DNA of 57,165 bases, the filler included, from Deltaproteobacteria bacterium (GTDB taxonomy: Bacteria > CG2-30-53-67): NCBI GenBank assembly GCA_013151235.1. It is 4 parts of 4 records of this genome, joined end to end, with 100 filler letters (N's around TTAATTAATTAA, not from the genome) between each part and the next. Parts side by side here need not be neighbours in the genome. Positions count along the whole stretch, not along the records: positions 16,694 to 30,622 come from JAADIO010000047.1; 3 more parts are not named here. One strand, written 5' to 3'. Of the stretch, positions 18,761 to 27,301 are shown one piece after another; within the stretch, counting starts at the first letter, position 1, and every line of letters begins with the position of its first letter. The translations under genes and the position numbers were made by a program. A model generated the notes under the pieces. That model had not been told where the DNA came from and searched no databases. It saw only the letters and a list, made by a program, of their open reading frames with translations.

Positions 18761-19594
18761 ATGGCTCTCCTGGAGATGCAGGTTGATGAGATCTTTACTC
18801 TAAAAGAGGGGCTTCAGGCCATCCGCAATTCGCTGGAAAGGAGCAAGGCGGTTGAACTGATCAATCTTCCCCTCTTTCTGATCCGGGAGTGGATTCCCCT
18901 TCTCCAGGGGAAGAAGGTCACTCTTTATGACAACCGGATTGAAGGTCTGCCTGATGACATCCGGGCGCTGGGGAGTGAAATCTTCACTTCCGTCCGGATG
19001 AAGGGGACCTTTTACGGTCGGGTGGTGGAAAAGGGAGAGGTCTTCGTCAAGAACCGGATCTTCAACATCTGGTATGAGGGTGACCGGATACTCAATATCG
19101 GAAGTATCACTTACCGACGGTGTGTCCGTTGTATCCAGTCCATGCATCGGGAGATCCTCCTCACCGATGCGATGGATGTGTTGAATATCATGACCCTCTA
19201 CGATCCGGAAGAAGGGGAGAAGGCCATCCTTGATGCGGTGCGGAAGTCCTCCCGGGTGCGGATGGTCAACCTGCCCAAACCGTTGGTTCGGAAGGTGGTG
19301 ATCGAGATTGATTCCGATGATGTGAAGGTCATCTGCGCGGAGCGGAGCGATGAGGCCAGGAAGGTCGCGGATCAGCATCATGCCCGTGTTTCCGGCGGGC
19401 TTCTGAATGTCTATTCAAGGTTTAAAGGGAAGAAACTGCAGAGCGGAGGGATCGCACTGGATCATAATTTTTTCAGTGTAGACTATCTCGGAGACAAGAT
19501 CTACGTGATCCTTGGAATTGTCTGGCCCAGGTGTCCTTCCTGCATGACCGACTTTTACGAACTCGGCTGGCGGGCGGCGGGGAAGATCAGGTAA
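18761..19594 (+). CDS. Hypothetical protein with internal two-fold repeat, each half ending in CxxC
   Basis: The halves share AI..S.RV/AV..[I/V]NLP..L..., F..G, and RCVRC / RCPSC; codon style is host-like. Confidence 0.7.
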   Translation: MALLEMQVDEIFTLKEGLQAIRNSLERSKAVELINLPLFLIREWIPLLQGKKVTLYDNRIEGLPDDIRALGSEIFTSVRMKGTFYGRVVEKGEVFVKNRIFNIWYEGDRILNIGSITYRRCVRCIQSMHREILLTDAMDVLNIMTLYDPEEGEKAILDAVRKSSRVRMVNLPKPLVRKVVIEIDSDDVKVICAERSDEARKVADQHHARVSGGLLNVYSRFKGKKLQSGGIALDHNFFSVDYLGDKIYVILGIVWPRCPSCMTDFYELGWRAAGKIR

Positions 19595-19627
19595 TCCTTC
19601 GTGCTTGCAGTGGAAAGAGGGGGTTGC

Positions 19628-22246
19628 ATGTCCGGCATGACGCCCCTGATGCGGCAATATACTGAGATCAAATCCAGGTATAGGGATGCGATACTCTTCT
19701 TCCGCATGGGGGATTTTTATGAGATGTTCAACGAAGATGCCAGGAAGGCGTCCAGGGTCCTCCAGATTGCCCTGACCAAGCGGGGGAAATCAGAGGGGAC
19801 GGATATCCCTCTCTGCGGTGTTCCTTTTCATGCCGGTGACGGCTATATCGCCAAGCTGGTCCGAAACGGTTTCAAGGTGGCTGTCTGCGAGCAGGTCGAG
19901 GATCCCAAAAAGGCCAAGGGGATCGTCAAGCGGGAAGTGGTCCGCGTCGTCACGCCCGGGACCGTCCTGGAAGAAGGGATGCTCGAAGAACGGGAGAATC
20001 ATTTCCTGGCCTCCCTCGTTGCCGAGAACGGGGCGGTGGGCCTTGCCTTTCTCGACCTGACGACGGGCGAATTTCTGGTCTCGGAAAAGAAGGGAGAGGG
20101 GCTTGCGGAATTCCTGCTCGGACGATTCGGGACCTTCGAGCCGAAGGAATTGATCGTGCCCGAGGAACAGCAGGACTCCCCCCTCCTGCTGGAGGTCCGC
20201 CGGGATCTCCCCGGAGTACCGGTCCAGCCGATGGCGGGGTGGGCCTTTCAGAAGGCGGAAACCTACCGGAAATTGACCCGCTATTTTGAGACCACGACGC
20301 TCGAAGGCTTCGGATGTGACGATCTTCCGTTCGGTGTCGCTGCGGCCGGGGCGCTGCTGTACTATATCGAAGAGACCCAGAAGGGAGCGGTCTCCCATAT
20401 CCAGGGGATCCGTGTTCTCCGGGACGGGAAGAGGATGTTCCTCGACTCGGCTACGATCCGAAACCTGGAACTGGTGCGGTGCAATCTCGATGGGGGCAGG
20501 AAAGGTTCCCTCCTTGCCGTGCTGGATCGGACCCGGACGGCCATGGGGGGACGGACCCTCCGGAAGTCTCTTTTGAGTCCGCACCTCGATCCCGATGAGA
20601 TTCGCCGGCGCCAGGGAGCGGTTGCCGATTTGCATGACGATCCTGCGTTACTCGACGATCTGCGGGATCGGCTCGATTCCGTCCATGACATGGAACGGCT
20701 CACCGGCCGCATTACCCTCGGCGTGGCCAATGGGCGGGACATGCTGTCCCTGGCGGAATCGCTTGCCCCCCTGCCGGAGATCAAGGAACTGCTGAAGGAT
20801 CTGCCGGCGCCCCTGCTGACGGAACTCCGGCAGGGGATCGATGAACTTCAGGATGTTCGGGAAGGGATTGAAGATGCCATTCATGAAGATCCTCCGCTGA
20901 ATCTCCGGGAAGGGCGTTTGATTGCCGACGGCTATTCCGCGGAGCTGGATGAACTGAGGAGTATCGGCCGGGAAGGCAAAGGGTGGATCGCCAGGCTCGA
21001 AAACCGGGAACGGGAGCGGACGGGGATTTCAAACCTCAAGGTCAAGTTCAACAAGGTATTCGGGTACTACATCGAGGTGACGAAGGCCAATCTTGGGGAT
21101 GTCCCGGACGACTATGTCCGCAAACAGACCCTGGTCAATGCCGAGCGGTTCATCACGCCGGAACTCAAGGAATATGAGGCCAAGGTGCTGGGCGCCCAGG
21201 AGCGGATCGTGGAACTGGAATATGATCTTTTCCGTGCCGTCAGGGAAGAGGTCGCGGCCGAACGGCGACGGATCCAGCAGACCGCATCGGTCCTGGCGGA
21301 GATCGACGCCCTGTCCTCCCTGGCGGAGGCGGCACGAGAGCACCGTTACGTGCGGCCGAAGATCTCCGGGGGAACGGCGCTGATGATCCGGGAAGGGCGT
21401 CATCCCGTTCTGGAGGTCCTTGATCCATCCGGGAGCTTTGTACCGAATGATGCCGATATGGACACCGAAGAGGATCGTCTTCTCATCATTACCGGCCCCA
21501 ACATGGCGGGCAAATCGACCTACATGCGTCAGGTCGCCCTCATTGTTCTCATGGCCCAGATGGGAGGTTTTGTCCCGGCGGCGGCGGCGGAGATCGGTGT
21601 GGTGGACCGGATCTTCACACGGGTCGGTGCCTCCGATGCCCTGATCCGGGGGCAGAGTACCTTCATGGTGGAGATGAACGAGACGGCCAATATCCTCCAT
21701 AACGCGACCTCAAGGAGTCTGATTATTCTCGATGAGATCGGCCGGGGGACGAGTACCTTCGATGGTGTCAGTATCGCCTGGGCCGTGGCGGAGTTCATTC
21801 ACAACCGGATCCGCGCCCGCACCCTCTTTGCCACACACTACCATGAGTTGACGGAATTGGCGATGACCCTTGAAGGGGTGAAGAACTGTAATATCGCCGT
21901 GCGGGAGTGGAATGACGAGATTATCTTTTTGCGAAAGATCGTTGAAGGAGGCGCCGACAAGAGCTACGGTATCCAGGTGGCCCGCCTGGCCGGTCTTCCG
22001 CCCGAAGTGATTGAACGGTCAAAGGAGGTGCTGGAGAATCTGGAACGGAGCGAACTGGGCGAGGATGGCGAACCGGTGATTGCCCACCAGGAGTCAGGGG
22101 AACATGTACTTTTTCAGCCCGATCTTTTTGCCGGGCGTCCCCATCCCGTCCTGAAGGAATTGCAGCGCCTCGATGTTCAGAACATGACCCCGCTGGAGGC
22201 GTTGAATCGTCTCGCGGAACTCAAGAAAGATGTGAAAAACGGATAG
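19628..22246 (+). CDS. mutS: DNA mismatch repair protein MutS
   Basis: TPLMRQY, FFRMGDFYEMF, TGPNMAGKST, DEIGRGTST and SYGIQVARLAG motifs. Confidence 0.98.
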   Translation: MSGMTPLMRQYTEIKSRYRDAILFFRMGDFYEMFNEDARKASRVLQIALTKRGKSEGTDIPLCGVPFHAGDGYIAKLVRNGFKVAVCEQVEDPKKAKGIVKREVVRVVTPGTVLEEGMLEERENHFLASLVAENGAVGLAFLDLTTGEFLVSEKKGEGLAEFLLGRFGTFEPKELIVPEEQQDSPLLLEVRRDLPGVPVQPMAGWAFQKAETYRKLTRYFETTTLEGFGCDDLPFGVAAAGALLYYIEETQKGAVSHIQGIRVLRDGKRMFLDSATIRNLELVRCNLDGGRKGSLLAVLDRTRTAMGGRTLRKSLLSPHLDPDEIRRRQGAVADLHDDPALLDDLRDRLDSVHDMERLTGRITLGVANGRDMLSLAESLAPLPEIKELLKDLPAPLLTELRQGIDELQDVREGIEDAIHEDPPLNLREGRLIADGYSAELDELRSIGREGKGWIARLENRERERTGISNLKVKFNKVFGYYIEVTKANLGDVPDDYVRKQTLVNAERFITPELKEYEAKVLGAQERIVELEYDLFRAVREEVAAERRRIQQTASVLAEIDALSSLAEAAREHRYVRPKISGGTALMIREGRHPVLEVLDPSGSFVPNDADMDTEEDRLLIITGPNMAGKSTYMRQVALIVLMAQMGGFVPAAAAEIGVVDRIFTRVGASDALIRGQSTFMVEMNETANILHNATSRSLIILDEIGRGTSTFDGVSIAWAVAEFIHNRIRARTLFATHYHELTELAMTLEGVKNCNIAVREWNDEIIFLRKIVEGGADKSYGIQVARLAGLPPEVIERSKEVLENLERSELGEDGEPVIAHQESGEHVLFQPDLFAGRPHPVLKELQRLDVQNMTPLEALNRLAELKKDVKNG

Positions 22247-22259
22247 AAGGGAGAACCGA

Positions 22260-22490
22260 ATGACCGATGAGGAAAAAGGTTTGCTTGAAAAACTCGATCA
22301 CCTGCTGCATCACTGGATGGAGCACAACGAATCCCACGGGGAAGGGTACAAGACGTGGATGAACCGAGCGGAGCAGTCAGGACGGGCCGATGTAGCCCGG
22401 GAGATCGGAAAGGCCCTGACCCTCTCCAGGGAGATGAACGCACACTTTAAAAAGGCGAGGAAGTTGTTGAAAGGAGATCATCATGTGTGA
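22260..22490 (+). CDS. Small His-rich helical protein (probable Ni/Co-binding)
   Basis: KLDHLLHHWMEHNESH motif; RBS GGGAG; overlaps the CooT-like gene. Confidence 0.7.
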   Translation: MTDEEKGLLEKLDHLLHHWMEHNESHGEGYKTWMNRAEQSGRADVAREIGKALTLSREMNAHFKKARKLLKGDHHV

Positions 22491-22671
22491 TTCCAATGCC
22501 TACCTGCTGCACGGGGATCAAGAGGAACTGGTGATGGAAAGTCTCGATTTTCTCCGGCAGGAGGAGGACTCGGTGCTCTTGCGGGATATCTTTGGAGAAG
22601 AAAAGACCGTCCGGGGGAGGGTGAAAGAACTGCACCTATCCAGACAGCGGGTTGTCTTGGAGGAATCTTAA
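22483..22671 (+). CDS. cooT: CooT family nickel-binding protein
   Basis: MC at the N-terminus, LVME, LRDIFGE, 62 aa; RBS AGGAG. Confidence 0.8.
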   Translation: MCDSNAYLLHGDQEELVMESLDFLRQEEDSVLLRDIFGEEKTVRGRVKELHLSRQRVVLEES

Positions 22672-22672
22672 T

Positions 22673-22859
22673 AAGGGAAGTGAGCGGAGCTGTTACAGAA
22701 AAACGGGAACTGCTCAGGTTGCTTCAATTTTCCCGCAGGACAAGGCGTGAGGAGCGCAAAACCGGAGGCGTATTTTGTATACGTTGAGGATTCGAGCACC
22801 GCAACAACGCAGTCATGCGGGAAAAGGGAAGTGAGCGGAGCTGTTCTAAGAAAAACGGG
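22673..22859. repeat. Composite palindromic repeat (AACTGCTCAGG family) with flanking direct repeats
   Basis: 22-bp exact direct repeat AAGGGAAGTGAGCGGAGCTGTT at 22673 and 22824; the interior is homologous to 44487-44554. Confidence 0.75.
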
Positions 22860-22979
22860 GCCTCCCACAAGAGGAGGGGGAGTGGAAGGCCCCTTTATAC
22901 CCCGCTTGCCGCGGGATACGGCTGAGGAGGAGATGCCGCTCACCCGACGGTAGAGGACGGGATATAATTTGTAACCGGA

Positions 22980-23126
22980 TTACTTGGACTCACCACCACA
23001 GCGGGGTTCCGGCTTTTCCGTGACGACCCAGCAGCCCCGGTCAGCGCCGCAACGGCACGGCTCCGGTAACTCCTCCGAATAGGGAACTTCGTTCGTACAA
23101 TCCTCGCAGACGTAAACCCGGATCAT
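22980..23126 (-). CDS. Small Cys-rich (zinc-ribbon/rubredoxin-like) protein, 48 aa
   Basis: YVCEDC...CRCGA motif; RBS GGAGGA upstream of ATG 23126. Confidence 0.65.
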   Translation of the reverse strand: MIRVYVCEDCTNEVPYSEELPEPCRCGADRGCWVVTEKPEPRCGGESK

Positions 23127-23149
23127 CAGTTTTTCCTCCTCTTGTCGGG

Positions 23150-23599
23150 CTAAACTCCCACTGTTTCTCCGGCTTTTCTCCACCCTTCCTTGTGGAGTTT
23201 CCTGTGCCGATTGACACTCCACTCTTTCATGGATTGAATGTACCTCTTCATGTCCGTTTTTGCAAGTTCGGCCAACTGTTCTTTCTCTTCATTGGCCTGT
23301 TTCAGATCGTTGGGGGTAAACCCCTGCCAGGTGCAGTAGCCTTCATCAAAGATCCTCTCGGGGGTCAGTTGATCTCCCGTTAAGCCCATTTTTTCTCCAT
23401 AGATTTCAGCGACCGTCATGTCATATTCAATAATCCACCCGTTGTCGGCAATCATCGTCGCCGCATTGAATTCCACGTTTTTGCTGCAGGCGGGACAATA
23501 GAGATTCGCGATGGTCTCAAAAGGGAGGATTGAATTCTGATGGTGAAAGCGGGCGCTTTCCTGATTGCAACTGCATTTCTTCTCGATGGCCATGCACAT
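23150..23599 (-). CDS. Hypothetical Cys-containing protein
   Basis: MCM..CSC..LYCPACS..GYCTW; RBS GGAAGG; co-oriented with the small Cys-rich gene. Confidence 0.75.
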   Translation of the reverse strand: MCMAIEKKCSCNQESARFHHQNSILPFETIANLYCPACSKNVEFNAATMIADNGWIIEYDMTVAEIYGEKMGLTGDQLTPERIFDEGYCTWQGFTPNDLKQANEEKEQLAELAKTDMKRYIQSMKEWSVNRHRKLHKEGWRKAGETVGV

Positions 23600-23637
23600 G
23601 ATTTTTCCTTCCTTGTGATTGATTCAGACCCAAAACA

Positions 23638-23692
23638 ATACAAGTAAGATATACTTTGTCTTGTATATACCAGTAGAGTTCTCCGATGTCAA
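23638..23692 (-). promoter_or_regulatory. Promoter with overlapping inverted-repeat operator
   Basis: Minus-strand TTGACA(23692-23687)-17 bp-TATATA; inverted repeat ATACAAG-N15-CTTGTAT (23638-23666). Confidence 0.55.
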
Positions 23693-23714
23693 GGGGAAAT
23701 GATCGTTTTTTTTG

Positions 23715-23744
23715 TTGACACCCCCGGGTTCACGGTGCTAAATT
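23715..23744 (+). promoter_or_regulatory. sigma70-type promoter of the cob operon
   Basis: TTGACA(23715-23720), extended -10 TGcTAAATT(23736-23744). Confidence 0.55.
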
Positions 23745-23751
23745 AGCTCTA

Positions 23752-23935
23752 CATTTTTTCAGGTGCCGTAAAGGCTGAAAAGGGAAGAGGGTGTGAATCC
23801 CTCGCGGACCCGCCGCTGTAATCGGGTATAAACCGTTGCTTGATGCCACTGTCCGAATGAAGGACGGGAAGGCGCAGCGGTCAACTTCGATAAGATATCG
23901 AAGGAACCTGAGAGCCAGAAGACCTGCCTGAAAAA
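23752..23935 (+). ncRNA. Cobalamin (B12) riboswitch
   Basis: AGGTGCC..AAAAGGGAA..GGTGTGAATCC..CCGCCGCTGTAA..GCCACTG..GGGAAGG..GAGCCAGAAGACCTGCC (B12 box), upstream of cobU. Confidence 0.93.
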
Positions 23936-23990
23936 CCAGAATTTCACCGGACTTCGAGGAATAAGGGAGGTGAACCGATGTGCAATCTTG

Positions 23991-24026
23991 GACCCCGTTT
24001 TTCTCTTCGAAAATCGGGGTTTTTTT
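23991..24026 (+). terminator. Riboswitch-associated intrinsic terminator
   Basis: GACCCCGTTTT...AAAATCGGGGTTTTTTT hairpin with U-tract, between the aptamer and cobU. Confidence 0.75.
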
Positions 24027-24085
24027 GTGCCCCCGTCTCCCTTCTCTGAAGGTTATCTTAAATAACGGAAAGAAGGTCTGCTGCG

Positions 24086-24643
24086 ATGGGAAACTTCACA
24101 TTCATAACCGGCGGGGCCCGGTCGGGAAAGAGCGATCTTGCGCTCAGGCTTGCAAACAAGGTTGAAGGGCGGCGGATCTTTGCGGCCACGGCCCGTGTCA
24201 CTGATGCGGAGATGAAAGAACGAATTGAACGGCACCGGCGGGAACGGGGGGATTCATGGGAGACCCTCGAAGAACCGCTGGAACTCGTCGGGCTTGTCCG
24301 CTCTCTCGATCCTGCGGCAAGGCTCCTTCTCATCGACTGCATTACCGTCTGGATCGCCAACCTGATCATCGAAAGGAAGTGGGACGATGAACGGATCCTG
24401 CGGGAAGTGAACGAACTGGCCGGTGCGCTCAGGGCCTTCCCGGAGCGGGTGATCGCCGTCACCAACGAGGTCGGGTCGGGTATCGTGCCGGAGAGTCGCT
24501 TGGGGCGGAGATTTCGTGACCTCGCCGGGGCGGCCAACAGGATCCTTGCCTCAGCGGCGGGCAGGGTATACCTCGTCTCGATGGGGATCCCGCTGCAACT
24601 GAAAGGCGAAAAACCGGCCACGAATTTCACGAATAAAAGCTAA
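24086..24643 (+). CDS. cobU: Adenosylcobinamide kinase/adenosylcobinamide-phosphate guanylyltransferase
   Basis: [25 protein letters not shown] and NEVGSGIVP motifs. Confidence 0.96.
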   Translation: MGNFTFITGGARSGKSDLALRLANKVEGRRIFAATARVTDAEMKERIERHRRERGDSWETLEEPLELVGLVRSLDPAARLLLIDCITVWIANLIIERKWDDERILREVNELAGALRAFPERVIAVTNEVGSGIVPESRLGRRFRDLAGAANRILASAAGRVYLVSMGIPLQLKGEKPATNFTNKS

Positions 24644-24666
24644 ACGTTATAGAAAAGGCAAGAAGC

Positions 24667-24699
24667 TTTCACCGCAAAGGCGCGAAGGACGCAGAGAAG
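24667..24699 (+). repeat. Purine-rich CACCGCA[A/G]AG-(GACGCAGAG)n intergenic repeat
   Basis: TTTCACCGCAAAGGCGCGAAGGACGCAGAGAAG; related copies at 27168-27270. Confidence 0.65.
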
Positions 24700-24702
24700 A
24701 CC

Positions 24703-25785
24703 ATGGATAACACATACACAAAGATCAAAACCACCCTCGCAGCCATCCAACCCTTCGATCCCGCTCTGGCGGAGAAGGTCCAGGCCCGCCTCGACGACCT
24801 GGCCATTCCTCCGGGTGCGCTGGGCCGGCTCCAGTCCCTCGGCAAGCAGGTGGCCCTGATCCGTAACACCCTTCGTCCCGAGATCCGCACGAAGAAGGTC
24901 TTCACCTTTGCCGGGGATCACGGCGTGGTCGCGGAAGGGGTCTCCGCCTTTCCGCAGGAGGTGACCCGGGAGATGGTGAAGAATTTCGTCCGGGGCGGCG
25001 CCGGGATCAACGTGCTGGCCCGCCATGTCGGTGCCGAGGTGATTGTCGTCGACATCGGCGTCAATGCCGATCCTGAGGAATTGAACGGCGTTGAGCATTG
25101 CAAGGTCGCACGGGGGACGAAAAATTTCACGAAGGGACCGGCCATGACCCGGGAAGAGGCGGAGGCATCACTGACCGCCGGGATCGGTCTCATCGAAAAA
25201 TACGGCCGGGGTCTCGACCTCGTCGGCACGGGGGACATGGGGATCGGGAATACCACGCCGAGCAGCGCCATTGCCGCCGTCCTCTGCGGACGACCCGCGG
25301 CCGAGGTGACCGGGCGGGGGACGGGGATCGGAGCGGAGACCCTCCGGCACAAGGTGGAGGTGATCGAAAGAGGAATCGGGATCAACCGTCCCGATCCTTC
25401 GGACCCGGTCGGCGTCCTGGCGAAGGTCGGGGGATTTGAGATCGGCGGGATCGCAGGCCTGATCCTGGGAGCCGCGGCCCGGAGGATCCCCGTCGTCATC
25501 GACGGGTTGATCTCCACGGCGGGGGCCTTGGTCGCCCATGCCCTGCAACCGCGCGTCTCCGACTATATGATCGCAGGCCACCGTTCGGTGGAAATCGGGC
25601 ACCAGGTAATGCTTGACCATATGGGGCTTTCTCCCCTTCTCGACCTTGATCTCCGTCTCGGCGAGGGGACCGGCGCCGCCCTTGCATTCCATATCGTCGA
25701 GGCGGGTGTCAAGGTGTTGACCGAAGTCCTGACCTTTACCGAGGCGGGGGTAACGGAAGGGAACGGTCCGAAGGTTACGGAATGA
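24703..25785 (+). CDS. cobT: Nicotinate-nucleotide--dimethylbenzimidazole phosphoribosyltransferase
   Basis: [22 protein letters not shown] and LRLGEGTGA motifs. Confidence 0.97.
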   Translation: MDNTYTKIKTTLAAIQPFDPALAEKVQARLDDLAIPPGALGRLQSLGKQVALIRNTLRPEIRTKKVFTFAGDHGVVAEGVSAFPQEVTREMVKNFVRGGAGINVLARHVGAEVIVVDIGVNADPEELNGVEHCKVARGTKNFTKGPAMTREEAEASLTAGIGLIEKYGRGLDLVGTGDMGIGNTTPSSAIAAVLCGRPAAEVTGRGTGIGAETLRHKVEVIERGIGINRPDPSDPVGVLAKVGGFEIGGIAGLILGAAARRIPVVIDGLISTAGALVAHALQPRVSDYMIAGHRSVEIGHQVMLDHMGLSPLLDLDLRLGEGTGAALAFHIVEAGVKVLTEVLTFTEAGVTEGNGPKVTE

Positions 25786-26534
25786 ATCGAAATCTTTTTC
25801 AAAAATTCGCCACGGCCTGGCGCTTTCTGACGGTCATCCCGGTCGGGAAGGAGGGGGAGCGTACGTCCGGGGAGATGGCCGCTTCCATGACGCTCTTTCC
25901 CGGCGTAGGGTTCATGCTGGGCGGTATCCTCCTGACACTGCACCTTTTGCTCCGGCCGGTTTTCCCCGCGTCGCTCGAAGGGCTCATCCTGATCGCCGTG
26001 CTGGTGGTCATGACCGGCGCCCTGCACTTAGACGGATTCGCCGACGTCCTCGACGGATTCGCCGGCGGGCGGGACCGGGAGTCGGTCCTGGCCGTCATGC
26101 GGGACAGCCGGATCGGAGCGGTCGGAGTCGTGGGGCTGGTACTCCTGATCATGGTCAAGGTCTTTGCCCTGATCGAGAACCCGGAGATGGCGAAGGGGGC
26201 GGTCCTCTTCTGTCTCCCCGCCGCGGGACGGCTGGCCATGCTGCAGCAGGCGGCCTTCTCCTCCTATGCACGGAGAGAAGAAGGCACGGGGAAGGCCTTT
26301 GCCGATCATGCCGGAAAGAGGGAATTCCTGACGGGACTGATTGTCACCTCGGTTCCCACCCTCTTGCTCCTCGGCATGAAAGGATTGCTTCTCATCTTCA
26401 TCGTTGTGCTGGCGACGGAATCGGGGCGGCGCTTCTTTGTGAAACGTCTCGGCGGTGTAACCGGTGACACGCAGGGTTTTGCCGGCGAAGTGGCCGAGGC
26501 CCTCTTTCTTCTTTGTGGAGCGGCGGTCCTTTGA
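25782..26534 (+). CDS. cobS: Adenosylcobinamide-GDP ribazoletransferase (cobalamin synthase)
   Basis: [25 protein letters not shown] and GGVTGD motifs. Confidence 0.96.
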   Translation: MNRNLFQKFATAWRFLTVIPVGKEGERTSGEMAASMTLFPGVGFMLGGILLTLHLLLRPVFPASLEGLILIAVLVVMTGALHLDGFADVLDGFAGGRDRESVLAVMRDSRIGAVGVVGLVLLIMVKVFALIENPEMAKGAVLFCLPAAGRLAMLQQAAFSSYARREEGTGKAFADHAGKREFLTGLIVTSVPTLLLLGMKGLLLIFIVVLATESGRRFFVKRLGGVTGDTQGFAGEVAEALFLLCGAAVL

Positions 26535-27151
26535 AACCGGAACGGGAAAAGTCGACGAGGACCCGGGTCTATCTTGCCCGGCACGGCGAGGTGGAGAACC
26601 ACGCATCCGGTGTCTATAACGGCCGTACCGACGTCGCGATCACGGACCGGGGACGGGCGCAGATGGCGGCAATCCGGGATCGTCTTCCCGGTGAGAGGCT
26701 CTCCGCCCTTTACTGCAGCGGGCTCCTGCGGACCCGGGAGGGGATGGAGATCATCGGGAAAGGATGGAATCTCCCTGGAAAGATCGTTCCGGAACTGCAG
26801 GAGCGGAGCTTTGGAGAATGGGAGGGGTTGACCTTCGAGGGGATCCGGGAACATTCTCCCCGGCTCTTCGCCGCATGGCGGGAGGACGTCAACGCCGTCC
26901 GGCCGCCAGGGGGGGAGAGTCTGCACGATCTCTCGGAACGGGTCCTTGCGGCCTATCTTCCGATCGTCGAACGGCACCGGGGGGAAGCGATCCTCATCGT
27001 GGCCCACGGCGGGGTAAACCGGGTGATCCTGGCGCATGCGCTGAAAATGGAGCTCCGCGGGATCTTCCGGATCGGCCAGGGGTTCGGCTGCCTGAACGTG
27101 ATCGACTACTATGATGACGGGTTTGCCCAGGTTACCTTGATGAATGGGTGA
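26531..27151 (+). CDS. cobC: Alpha-ribazole phosphatase / histidine phosphatase
   Basis: RHGE, FGEWEG, GGES and HGGVNR motifs in cob operon context; start uncertain (TTG overlapping the cobS stop). Confidence 0.85.
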   Translation: MKPEREKSTRTRVYLARHGEVENHASGVYNGRTDVAITDRGRAQMAAIRDRLPGERLSALYCSGLLRTREGMEIIGKGWNLPGKIVPELQERSFGEWEGLTFEGIREHSPRLFAAWREDVNAVRPPGGESLHDLSERVLAAYLPIVERHRGEAILIVAHGGVNRVILAHALKMELRGIFRIGQGFGCLNVIDYYDDGFAQVTLMNG

Positions 27152-27167
27152 GTCAAAATCGAAAGCA

Positions 27168-27270
27168 TTTCACCGCAGAGACGCAAAGGACGCGGAGAAA
27201 GGCAGAAGAGGGAACACCAAAACCTGCCTCTCGCAGAGGACGCAGAGGACGCAGAGGGCGCAAAGAAAAG
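27168..27270 (+). repeat. Two copies of the purine-rich 9-mer repeat (GACGCAGAG)n
   Basis: TTTCACCGCAGAGACGCAAAGGACGCGGAG and CTCGCAGAGGACGCAGAGGACGCAGAGGGCGCAAAG. Confidence 0.7.
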
Positions 27271-27301
27271 CAACGCATCCGTATCGAATGAAAGGATCCA
27301 A

